A stretch of 64,000 bases of DNA, from positions 73,322 through 137,321 of the forward strand of contig NZ_JASGEO010000024.1 in assembly GCF_049841215.1 (NCBI RefSeq). Direction: 5' to 3'. The notes under the pieces were generated by a model that was not told the DNA's origin, made no database searches, and saw nothing but the letters and a program-made list of their open reading frames with translations. Of the stretch, positions 47,795-56,416 are shown piece by piece. This stretch comes from Demequina sp. GTDB taxonomy: Bacteria > Actinomycetota > Actinomycetes > Actinomycetales > Demequinaceae. Every line of letters starts with the position of its first letter. Positions within the stretch are counted from its first letter, which is position 1. The position numbers were made by a program, and so were the translations under genes.

Positions 47795-48450
47795 TCCGCG
47801 TGGGGCTTGTGGACGATCAGGCGATGGTGCGCGCAGGTCTGCGCATGATCCTTGACTCCGAGGCAGACATCGAGGTGTGCGGCGAGGCCGGGGACGGCTC
47901 GCAGGCCGTGGAACTCGCCGCCTCGACTCACCCAGACGTCATCCTCATGGACATCCGCATGCCGGGCCTTGACGGGATCTCCGCCGCCCGCGATGTGCTC
48001 GCCCAATGCCCCGCCGTGCGCGTGGTCATCCTCACCACCTTTGACGACGACGAACACATCTACGAGGCACTGCAGCTGGGGGCCTCTGGGTTCCTCCTCA
48101 AGAGCGCGGACGGCGACACCCTCGTGAACGCCGTGCGCGTGGTCGCGAGCGGCGAGGCAATGCTCGCCCCCGAGGTCACGAGGCGAGTGATCGAGCGATT
48201 CTCAACCACAGCGTCGGGGCGAATGCCCACCCCTGCCGAAGCGATAGGTGACCTCTCCGAGCGCGAACTGGAGGTGCTGCGCCTCATGGCGCGCGGGCTG
48301 TCCAATACCGAGATCGCGAGCGAGCTGTTCGTGAGCGGCACCACCGTCAAGACGCACGTGAGCCACATCCTCACCAAGCTGGGCGTGCGCGATCGCGTGC
48401 AGGCGGTGGTGGAGGCGTACGAGTCGGGGATTGTGGTTCCGGGCGCGTAG
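47791..48450 (+). CDS. response regulator, NarL/LuxR family
   Basis: 219 aa ORF with receiver region VGLVDDQAMVRAGL..DVILMDIRMPGLDG and a LuxR-type HTH (LSERELEVLRLMARGLSNTEIA). Confidence 0.92.
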   Translation: MIRVGLVDDQAMVRAGLRMILDSEADIEVCGEAGDGSQAVELAASTHPDVILMDIRMPGLDGISAARDVLAQCPAVRVVILTTFDDDEHIYEALQLGASGFLLKSADGDTLVNAVRVVASGEAMLAPEVTRRVIERFSTTASGRMPTPAEAIGDLSERELEVLRLMARGLSNTEIASELFVSGTTVKTHVSHILTKLGVRDRVQAVVEAYESGIVVPGA

Positions 48451-48564
48451 CCCCCAAGGGGAATCCCCCATGCGAACGATGGACGAACCATCCGCGCGAA
48501 CGATGACTGGCACCACGCGCATCGGCAAGACTGGCGTCATCGTCAACAACTCTGGGAGAGAACT

Positions 48565-49320
48565 ATGACTGAGACCGTGCCTTACGCGTCCGAGGTGTCT
48601 ATCGCCGCGAGCATGCGCGGCGGCTACAAGGACTACGGCTCCGGTGAGGCCGCCGTGCGCGCCCTCAACGGCATCAACGTGGACATGGCGCGCGGTGTGT
48701 TCACCGCGATCATGGGCCCGTCCGGCTCTGGAAAGTCCACCCTGCTCCACACGCTCGCGGGCCTTGACCGGCTCACGGCAGGTGAATCGTCGATTGCCGG
48801 CACGGTCATCACCAACCTCAGCGAGGCGCAGGTCACGCAGGTGCGCCGCGACCTCATCGGCTTCGTGTTCCAGTCCTTTAACCTCATCCCCTCGCTCACT
48901 GCGAAGGAGAACATCACTCTGCCCATCGACATTGCAGGGGCCAAGGTTGACCCCGCCTGGTTCGACGAGATCATTGGCATTCTTGGCCTTGGCGACCGCC
49001 TCACCCACCTGCCGGCACAGCTCTCCGGTGGCCAGCAGCAGCGTGTGGCGGTGGCGCGTGCGCTCGTGTCGCGCCCCCAGATCATCTTCGCGGACGAACC
49101 TTCTGGAAACCTTGACGCGCGCTCCGGTGCGGAGCTGCTTGGCTTCATGCGCCGTGCGGTCAAGGAGTTTGGCCAGACCATCGTGATGGTCACCCACGAC
49201 CCCACGGCCGCGTCCTACGCGGACCGCATCCTGTTCCTCGCCGACGGCGTGATCGTTGACGAGATGCGCGAGCCCACCGCTGAGAAGGTGCTTGACCGCA
49301 TGAAGCAGATGGGCCGCTGA
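48565..49320 (+). CDS. ABC transporter ATP-binding protein (MacB/LolD/FtsE-like)
   Basis: 251 aa ORF with Walker A GPSGSGKST, signature LSGGQQQRVAVARAL and Walker B IFADEPSG. Confidence 0.9.
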   Translation: MTETVPYASEVSIAASMRGGYKDYGSGEAAVRALNGINVDMARGVFTAIMGPSGSGKSTLLHTLAGLDRLTAGESSIAGTVITNLSEAQVTQVRRDLIGFVFQSFNLIPSLTAKENITLPIDIAGAKVDPAWFDEIIGILGLGDRLTHLPAQLSGGQQQRVAVARALVSRPQIIFADEPSGNLDARSGAELLGFMRRAVKEFGQTIVMVTHDPTAASYADRILFLADGVIVDEMREPTAEKVLDRMKQMGR

Positions 49321-49323
49321 CCC

Positions 49324-51843
49324 ATGTTCAGACTTGCTCTCAAGTCCGTCAAGCAGAAGCCTGGGCGGCTCATTCTCACTGCGATCGCGGTGGCGCTTGG
49401 TGTGTCCCTCGTGGCCGCCACGTTTACCTTCACGTCCGCGCTGCGCAGCGGATTCAACGACCTCTTCGAGAACATTTACGGCTCCACCGATGTGGTGGTG
49501 GAGCAAGACCCCAACGCGCAAATCGACGAAGGAGACCCCTTCGAGGCCGGCGACGCGATCTTCACCGCGGACGATGTGACGGCGGTTCAGGCCGTCGACG
49601 GCGTGGAGATCGCGCACGGCGGCATGCAGCTCAACGCGATGGTGATGCCCAAGGAGGACACGGGACAGCCCAGCTTCGGCGGCACCCAGATGTTCAACTG
49701 GTACGGCGATCCGCGCATCGACCTCTCGACGATCGTCGACGGCCACGGGCCGGAGGCTGACTCGGAGATCGTGTTGGACCTCGACGGGGCCGAGAGCCTC
49801 GGCTACGCCATCGGTGACACGGTGCGCGTTTCCACTGAGGAGGGCGTGGAGGAGTTCACGCTCGTCGGCACCGTGCGATTCGGCGCCGACAACGACCTCC
49901 AAGGCGCGGTTCTCGCGTTTGTGACCGACGCCGCGGCGGAGGCCATTCAGGGCGAGCCGGGCTTCTCCACCATCACCGTGGTGACGGCCGAGGGCGCCAA
50001 TAAGGACGACGTGGTGGCCGGGATCAACCAGGTCATCCCCGACGGCACTCGCGCTATCACGGGCGAGGACAAGGTCGAGGAGCAGGTTGAGCAGATGGGG
50101 ACCTTCCTCAACTACATCAACATCTTCGCGATTGCGTTTGGCCTCATCGCGCTGTTCGTTGGCTCCTACATCATCGTCAACACATTCCGCATCATCGTGA
50201 CGCAACGCACCAGGGAGTTTGGCCTGTTGCGGGCGATCGGTGCCACGGGCAAGCAGGTGCGCGCCACGGTGCTGGCTGAAGCCACGATTCTTGGAATCGT
50301 CGGCTCCACGCTCGGCATCATCGTCGGCTACCTGTTTGCGCTGGCTGCCGCGGGACTTGTGAAGCTCATCGGGGCCGACCTACTGGGCACTGTGACGTTG
50401 CCGCTCACGGCGGTGCTGTGGAGCTACGTGCTTGGCCTCATCGTCACGCTGGGCGCGGCGATCGCTCCCGCGATTCACGCGTCGCAGATCTCCCCCATGG
50501 AGGCGCTGCGCGAGGCGGCGACGGATTCCCGCAAGCCCCTCGCTCGCCGCAACGTGGTGGGCGGCGCTCTCGCCCTGCTCGGTGTCGTCGCCGTGATCGT
50601 TGGCCTCTACACAGGGGTGGCGAAGCCGTTCATCTACGTGGGTGCCGGTGCAGTGCTGCTGGTGCTGGGGGCCACCCTGCTGGCCGCTCAGGTGCTCGTA
50701 CCCCTCGCGTACGGCTTGCGAGGAGTGCTGACCGCCTGGATGGGAGTTGACGGCAAGCTGGCCGCCAACAACATCCACCGCGAACCGCGCCGTTCTTCCA
50801 ACACGGCCGCAGCGATCATGATCGGAGTGATGCTGCTGGCGCTGACGTCCACGTTCACGGAATCGCTCAAGGCCACGCTGACGAGCCAGTTCCAGCAAAT
50901 GCACGCGCAGATCATCGTGGTGGGCACCCAGGGTGCGATCCCGCAGGGCGCCATCGACATCATCGAGGCGAACTCCGACGTCGACGCCGTCACCATCCTT
51001 GGCGTTGACCCGGTGCGCTTCGACGGCGAGAACTACACGCTCACGTCATTCGACGCGGACACGATCGACAAGACCATCGACATTCCCACCGAGCCCGCGC
51101 TCGGCGAGATTGATGGCGGCGTCTACGTAGACCCCGTGATCGAGGCGCTCGGTGTCAAGGTGGGTGACGAGATCACGCTCGAGGGTGACGAGGGCTCAGT
51201 GACTCTCCCCGTCACCGGCACCTACGCCAACGACGACGGCTCGCACTTCTGGGTGGACTGGGAGACGGGCACCGAGCTCGTCGGCGAACCCGACATCCTG
51301 CAGGCGCTCGTGCTCCTCAACGAAGGGGCGGACGCCGACGAGGTGCAATCGACCCTCGAGGACGCCCTCGCCGATGAGTACCCCGCAGTGTTGTTGCAGC
51401 AGCCGGATCAGCTCCAGCAACTGATCTCTACAGTGATCGACTTCATCCTCGCGGTGATCTCCGCACTGCTGCTCACGGCCCTGCTGATCGCCCTGCTTGG
51501 CGTGGCAAACACCCTGTTGCTCTCGGTGACCGAGCGGACGCGAGAGATCGGTCTGCTTCGCGCCGTTGGTCTCAAGCGTGGATCCATCTGGAAGATGATC
51601 ACGATCGAGTCCATGGTGATGGCGATCTTCGGCACCATCCTCGGCATGATCCTTGGAGTTGGCCTTGGCTCCGCCTTGGTGCTGTCGCTCGAGGATCAGG
51701 GCTTCAACGGAGTTGCGATTCCGTGGTTCTGGCTCGCGGTGTACACCGTGCTTGCCGCCATCGCGGGCGTGCTCGCGGCGATTTGGCCGGCATGGCGGGC
51801 GTCCCGCCTGGACATCCTTCAGGCGATCGCGGCGGACGGCTAG
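49324..51843 (+). CDS. FtsX-like ABC permease with duplicated FtsX modules and large extracytoplasmic regions
   Basis: 839 aa ORF. Two copies of the motif (RTREFGLLRAIGA and RTREIGLLRAVGL) are each followed by TM clusters. Confidence 0.85.
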   Translation: MFRLALKSVKQKPGRLILTAIAVALGVSLVAATFTFTSALRSGFNDLFENIYGSTDVVVEQDPNAQIDEGDPFEAGDAIFTADDVTAVQAVDGVEIAHGGMQLNAMVMPKEDTGQPSFGGTQMFNWYGDPRIDLSTIVDGHGPEADSEIVLDLDGAESLGYAIGDTVRVSTEEGVEEFTLVGTVRFGADNDLQGAVLAFVTDAAAEAIQGEPGFSTITVVTAEGANKDDVVAGINQVIPDGTRAITGEDKVEEQVEQMGTFLNYINIFAIAFGLIALFVGSYIIVNTFRIIVTQRTREFGLLRAIGATGKQVRATVLAEATILGIVGSTLGIIVGYLFALAAAGLVKLIGADLLGTVTLPLTAVLWSYVLGLIVTLGAAIAPAIHASQISPMEALREAATDSRKPLARRNVVGGALALLGVVAVIVGLYTGVAKPFIYVGAGAVLLVLGATLLAAQVLVPLAYGLRGVLTAWMGVDGKLAANNIHREPRRSSNTAAAIMIGVMLLALTSTFTESLKATLTSQFQQMHAQIIVVGTQGAIPQGAIDIIEANSDVDAVTILGVDPVRFDGENYTLTSFDADTIDKTIDIPTEPALGEIDGGVYVDPVIEALGVKVGDEITLEGDEGSVTLPVTGTYANDDGSHFWVDWETGTELVGEPDILQALVLLNEGADADEVQSTLEDALADEYPAVLLQQPDQLQQLISTVIDFILAVISALLLTALLIALLGVANTLLLSVTERTREIGLLRAVGLKRGSIWKMITIESMVMAIFGTILGMILGVGLGSALVLSLEDQGFNGVAIPWFWLAVYTVLAAIAGVLAAIWPAWRASRLDILQAIAADG

Positions 51844-51845
51844 GA

Positions 51846-51944
51846 GACAATCAAGGGCCCTTGGGGCTCATGTGACAGGAGTGGCGGGTGTGGGCGCGGA
51901 ACGCGTCCCACCCGCCACATCTGTCTCTAGGGCCCTTGATTGTC
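51846..51944. repeat. ~100-nt palindromic element, copy 3 (perfect 15-bp termini)
   Basis: GACAATCAAGGGCCC at 51846..51860 pairs with GGGCCCTTGATTGTC at 51930..51944. The core GTGGCGGGTGTGGGCGCG..CGCGTCCCACCCGCCAC is also palindromic. The element overlaps the last codons of murB. Confidence 0.8.
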
Positions 51945-52982
51945 GGCAACGATGACGGGCTCCGGCACCAGCGCGATTCCCCACGCGCGCGCGACCGTCA
52001 CTTGCACGTGCGTCGCGAGTTCCAGCACCTCCTGAGCACTCGCATCGCCCCTATTGGTCAGCGCAAGCGTGTGCTTCGACGAGATCGCCGCTCGCGATCC
52101 CGGCAGCGCAAACCCCTTGTGGATCCCCGCCTTTTCGATGAGCCACGCGGCGCTCGTTTTCACGTCGCCCTCGCTGCCCGACGCTGAGTACTGGGGGGCG
52201 CCCTCCGGCACCTGCCCCTGTGGCACCACGGGGTTAGTAAAGAACGAGCCGGCGGACCAGGTGTCGTGATCGTCCGCGTCGAGCACCATTCCCTTGGAGG
52301 ACCGCAGCGCCAACACGGCCTCCCGCACGTCAGCGATCGACGCCGTATCGCCTTGCGAAATGCCCAACGCGTCCGCAAGCTGCTGATACCGAACAGGCGC
52401 CGAGCGCGTACCAAACCGCGTGTGAACTGTCACGTCCAAGACCACGTACCGCGGCGTCGGGCCGTACGGGGCCTCAACTGAGCGTTTCAAGATCGAGGTG
52501 CGATACCCAAAACCCAGCTCCATGAGGGCGAGAGTGCGCACGGCGGCACGCTCGCGGTCCCACACGCGCACGCTCGCGAGCGTGTCCGCGAGCTCCGCGC
52601 CGTACGCGCCGATGTTCTGCACCGGTGCCGCGCCAACTGAGCCAGGGATGCCGCTCAGCGCTTCGAGGCCGATCCATTCGCTCGCCACGGCCTGCTCAAC
52701 GAGCGCGTCCCACGAGGCGCCCGCCGTGGCGGTCACGGAGACGCCGCCGCAGAAGCCGTCGTCCTGGATGCGCACGTCTTGGCGCGCGTCTCGAAGAACG
52801 AGGCCGTCAAATCCCGCGTCAGTGACGAGCAGGTTTGAGCCGCCGCCAATGACGAGGAGCGGGATGCCTTCATCGTCGGCGCCGCGGATCGCGTCGACGA
52901 ACTCCGCCTCGGTGGCCGCCTCCTCGTAGCGAGCCGCGGGGCCACCCACGCGCAAGGTGGTGAGCTCGGCGAGCGTGGTCAT
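51927..52982 (-). CDS. murB: UDP-N-acetylenolpyruvoylglucosamine reductase
   Basis: 351 aa ORF containing TTLRVGGPA and LLVIGGGSNLLV. The sequence is MurB-like throughout. Confidence 0.9.
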   Translation of the reverse strand: MTTLAELTTLRVGGPAARYEEAATEAEFVDAIRGADDEGIPLLVIGGGSNLLVTDAGFDGLVLRDARQDVRIQDDGFCGGVSVTATAGASWDALVEQAVASEWIGLEALSGIPGSVGAAPVQNIGAYGAELADTLASVRVWDRERAAVRTLALMELGFGYRTSILKRSVEAPYGPTPRYVVLDVTVHTRFGTRSAPVRYQQLADALGISQGDTASIADVREAVLALRSSKGMVLDADDHDTWSAGSFFTNPVVPQGQVPEGAPQYSASGSEGDVKTSAAWLIEKAGIHKGFALPGSRAAISSKHTLALTNRGDASAQEVLELATHVQVTVARAWGIALVPEPVIVADNQGP

Positions 52983-52991
52983 GAGGCCAGG

Positions 52992-54350
52992 CTAGCGGCG
53001 GTCCTGGAACTCGTCGGGGATGCCGTCAGCGTTCTTGTCCTCCTCGAACCGCACGGCGTCGCTCTCGATGGCCGACGCTCCGCTCACGGACCGCGCGAGC
53101 GCACGGTGAGAACGAAACAGCGGACCCTCGGTTCGTACAGCGCGGGCGATGGCGAAGGACAGCACCGCCGCGACGCAGGCCACCGTGAGCGCCTTGCGCA
53201 ACTCGATGACGTCGCCGAGGTGCCCGATGACCTGGGGCATGATGAGGCCAGCCACGGTGGCGAAAGAAGAGACCGCAGCAACGCGAGCCGCGGACTTCGT
53301 GGGGTCATCCGAGGCCGCGGAGAAGCCGATGGGGACACCAAGCCCGGCACCAAGACCCCACAGGATCATGGCCACCGGAACGGCCCAGAACACCGGGGTG
53401 AACGCGAAGATCAGCACGCCGACGAAGACGAGCGCGGCGGACACGCGCAGCGACACCACTCGGCCCGCCCGCCCGATGATGTGCGCGCCAAACCCGCGAG
53501 TGGTCACCATCGCCACCACGAACACCCAATAGGCGATGTCGCCAACGGCCTCCGTGGCGTCAAACGCCTGCACCACGGCAAGAGAGGACCACTGGGCCGC
53601 GGCGCCTTCGATCGTGGACGCGGCGAACACGATGAGGCCGATGAGCACTACGCGACGGTCGCGGTATTCATTGCGCGCGGTCTTGAAAGGGCCGCCGAAG
53701 CCGCCCGGGGCGCCGCCGGGATCCGGAGCGCCATGAACGACGGCGGCCGGGATGATCGCAAGCCGCACCACGGTGAGCGCGAGGGCAACGCTCGCGAAGT
53801 GCCACGCAGGAGACACGCCCGCATGCGAGAGGCCGGCACCAAGCGCAAGACCCATCGCCATACCCACAGAGAAGGAGGCGTGGAAGTGCGGCATGACCGC
53901 CCGTCGCATCCAGTGTTCGACGTTCGCCGCCTCTGCGTTCATCGAGACGTTGGTGAAGGCGAAGGCGAAGGACACGAAGAACTGCCCAGATGCGAACCAG
54001 AACTGCGAGCCGATTGCCGTTGACCACGCCACAGTCAGGAACGCGGCGAGGTAGACAAAGGTTGACCACCACAGCACGCGGCGAGTGCCGAACTTTGCGA
54101 CCACCCAGCCGGTCACCGTGAGGGCCACGAGCGCGCCCATCGCGCCCGCGAGCATCAGCAGTGCCAAGCGACCGGTGGTGACGTCAAGGAGCTCTGCGAC
54201 GCTTGGCACACGAGACACGTAGGTGCTGAGCAAGACGCCCATGAGCCAGAACAGGCCGAGCACGCCGTAGCGTGCGCGAGCTACCCGTGCGGCGCTTGGC
54301 GCAAGGGCCGATGTGGTCACGCTCCATTCTCCCGTACCGCCCAGCCCCAA
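52992..54350 (-). CDS. MFS transporter
   Basis: 452 aa polytopic ORF with about 12 hydrophobic segments. The start codon is uncertain. Confidence 0.75.
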   Translation of the reverse strand: MGLGGTGEWSVTTSALAPSAARVARARYGVLGLFWLMGVLLSTYVSRVPSVAELLDVTTGRLALLMLAGAMGALVALTVTGWVVAKFGTRRVLWWSTFVYLAAFLTVAWSTAIGSQFWFASGQFFVSFAFAFTNVSMNAEAANVEHWMRRAVMPHFHASFSVGMAMGLALGAGLSHAGVSPAWHFASVALALTVVRLAIIPAAVVHGAPDPGGAPGGFGGPFKTARNEYRDRRVVLIGLIVFAASTIEGAAAQWSSLAVVQAFDATEAVGDIAYWVFVVAMVTTRGFGAHIIGRAGRVVSLRVSAALVFVGVLIFAFTPVFWAVPVAMILWGLGAGLGVPIGFSAASDDPTKSAARVAAVSSFATVAGLIMPQVIGHLGDVIELRKALTVACVAAVLSFAIARAVRTEGPLFRSHRALARSVSGASAIESDAVRFEEDKNADGIPDEFQDRR

Positions 54351-54443
54351 CTGACCACCTGGTAGGCGCGCCTTAAATCGTTACGAACCGATGGCCGTGT
54401 GCCGCTACGCTTAAGCTCAACATTTCGTTCAAAGGGGTGCGAC

Positions 54444-55502
54444 GTGGCTAAGACCAAAAAGCCGACAATGGCGGATGTCGCCGCGAGGGCAGGGGTATCC
54501 CTATCCACGGTGTCCTTGACGTACTCCGGCGCGGGCCCTATCTCCCCCGACACAAAAGCGCGAGTAGAACGTGCTGCTGAGGAACTCGGCTACGGCGGCC
54601 CCTCGCCGCAGGGGCGCGCGCTCCGTTCCGGCCGCTCAGGAATCGTCGGCGTGGTCATTCACGAGAAGTTTGCGCGCTCCTTCCGCGATCCCCTCAATCT
54701 CCGCATTCTCGACTCCCTGATCGCCGACTTTGGCGCCATGGGCGTAGGCGTGCTGCTCATCCCCCAGCCCACGGGCGAGCCCGGGGAGCGCACGCTGCTC
54801 GACACGGCGGCGATGGACGCCGTGGTGGTGCTTCGCGTACGCGACCACGAAGAGCCAGCGCTCACTATTGCCCGCAAGCGCGGCATCCCCATGGTGGTCA
54901 TGGAAGGCCCTGCGCCAGAAGGCGCCGGATCGCTCGACATCGACGACACCGAGGCCACCGTGCGCCTCATCAGCCACTTGCGCGAGCTCGGCCACGAGCG
55001 CATCGCCACCGTGACCCTGCCGTTTGGCGTCGAGGCGGACACGCGCATCATCACGCGCGAAGAGACCGCCCGCGCCGCATGGACCCCCATCCACCACCGC
55101 CTCGACGCCTTCGAGCTCGCAGGGCTCGAGCCGTGCGTCATCATCGAGTCGCACGCGTCCATGGTGGAAGCCGGAATCGCGGCGGGCCACCTCGCGCTCG
55201 CGCACCCGTCGAAGCCCACGGCGATCGTGTGCCAGTCGGATCTGCTCGCAGGAGGCGTCATCCTGGCCGCCAAGGAGCAGGGCCTTTCCGTTCCCGACGA
55301 CCTCTCCGTCACGGGCTTCGACGGCCTGGACCTGCCGTGGGTGGCGCCCCACGAGGTCACCACGATGAAGCAGGACGGCGCCGCCAAGGGCCGCGTACTC
55401 GCGGCAGAGGTGAAGGCGTTGCTCGAGGGCCGCACACCTGAGCGAGTCCTCATGCCGCTCGAGTTCCGTCGTGGCAACACCACGGGGCCCGCAAACCCTT
55501 AA
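54444..55502 (+). CDS. LacI-family transcriptional regulator
   Basis: The ORF-track frame starts at 54399. The GTG at 54444 follows AAAGGGG. The HTH is PTMADVAARAGVSLSTVSLTYSG, followed by a periplasmic-binding-protein-like core. Confidence 0.88.
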   Translation: MAKTKKPTMADVAARAGVSLSTVSLTYSGAGPISPDTKARVERAAEELGYGGPSPQGRALRSGRSGIVGVVIHEKFARSFRDPLNLRILDSLIADFGAMGVGVLLIPQPTGEPGERTLLDTAAMDAVVVLRVRDHEEPALTIARKRGIPMVVMEGPAPEGAGSLDIDDTEATVRLISHLRELGHERIATVTLPFGVEADTRIITREETARAAWTPIHHRLDAFELAGLEPCVIIESHASMVEAGIAAGHLALAHPSKPTAIVCQSDLLAGGVILAAKEQGLSVPDDLSVTGFDGLDLPWVAPHEVTTMKQDGAAKGRVLAAEVKALLEGRTPERVLMPLEFRRGNTTGPANP

Positions 55503-55589
55503 GCCAGCCCGACGCTGCGGAAAGCCCCCTGGTACGCTCCCCCGAGGCGCGATTTACCACGCGCCAAGTACGCCAACTAAGGGGGAACA

Positions 55590-56363
55590 ATGACGAAGAC
55601 TCGCTTTTTCCGTGGTGTGATCGTGGCGACCTTGTGCGTTGCACTCACGGCCATCTCTCCTGCAGCCCAGTCGTCGGTATCGGTGGGCGAACCCGTCGAC
55701 ACCAAGTGCACGACGTGGACCAACTGGACGGGGACTGTACCCACCGGCACGTGGCTCATCTCCGCAACTCCCGCAAAAGGCAAGGTGCGCCACTGCGCGC
55801 GAAAGTACAAGGTCCTCGACAAGGACACGAAGGCTGACTACTACTTCGTGACGGTCAAGAGCGAGTATTCCGTCACGTCCGCGGCAAAGACCCAGCTCTA
55901 CCCCTCGGGATCAAAGACGACGCCCCAGCGAGCGACCATCTCGATTACCTCCAACAAGACCGCAGTCGGCAATGACTACGAGGCGACACCCACGGTGAAG
56001 CTCGAGAAGAACTGTGGAAACCTTTCCCTCAGTGTTGGGTGGATCGTGTCGATCGGCACCACGCTGGAGGGCAAGTGCAAGCAGCAGTTGACCCGCACCT
56101 CGTACACGAAGACGGGAGCGTCGTGGTCTGTGGACGACGTCGCCAAGTGGGAAGTGGTGCAGGCGGTCTACGCACAGAAGGTTGCCCAAGGCGCTGTTCC
56201 CAAGTTCACCGTCAAGATGACGCGGCCCGTTGAGGTGTACACGACCGCAAAGAAGACGGTGGGCATCACCGGCTCGCGCTACGGCAACGCCACGATCACG
56301 CTAAAGAAGTTCACCGCAGTGAAGCGTGCGGCGTCGTCCTACACGACCACCTTCGTCTTCTAG
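55590..56363 (+). CDS. hypothetical secreted protein, Lys/Thr-rich with four Cys
   Basis: 257 aa ORF with signal-peptide-like N-terminus MTKTRFFRGVIVATLCVALTAISPAAQS. I recognise no family. GC content is visibly lower than the surroundings. Confidence 0.6.
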   Translation: MTKTRFFRGVIVATLCVALTAISPAAQSSVSVGEPVDTKCTTWTNWTGTVPTGTWLISATPAKGKVRHCARKYKVLDKDTKADYYFVTVKSEYSVTSAAKTQLYPSGSKTTPQRATISITSNKTAVGNDYEATPTVKLEKNCGNLSLSVGWIVSIGTTLEGKCKQQLTRTSYTKTGASWSVDDVAKWEVVQAVYAQKVAQGAVPKFTVKMTRPVEVYTTAKKTVGITGSRYGNATITLKKFTAVKRAASSYTTTFVF

Positions 56364-56375
56364 CGACAGACGGCA

Positions 56376-56405
56376 GGGGGCGCCACGGGACTCCGTGGCG
56401 CCCCC
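56376..56405. terminator. bidirectional hairpin between convergent genes
   Basis: GGGGGCGCCACGG, a GACT loop, then CCGTGGCGCCCCC (perfect 13 bp). An outer AGCGAC/GTCGCT pairing extends the structure to 56362..56416. Confidence 0.6.
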
Positions 56406-56416
56406 TCCGCGTCGCT

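Noticed and set aside
54351-54443. Candidate LacI operator palindromes (ATCGTTACGAACCGAT and GCTTAAGC) in the divergent MFS-LacI spacer.
   Set aside because: They are imperfect and short, and do not match the TGNAANCGNTTNCA-type consensus well enough to call.
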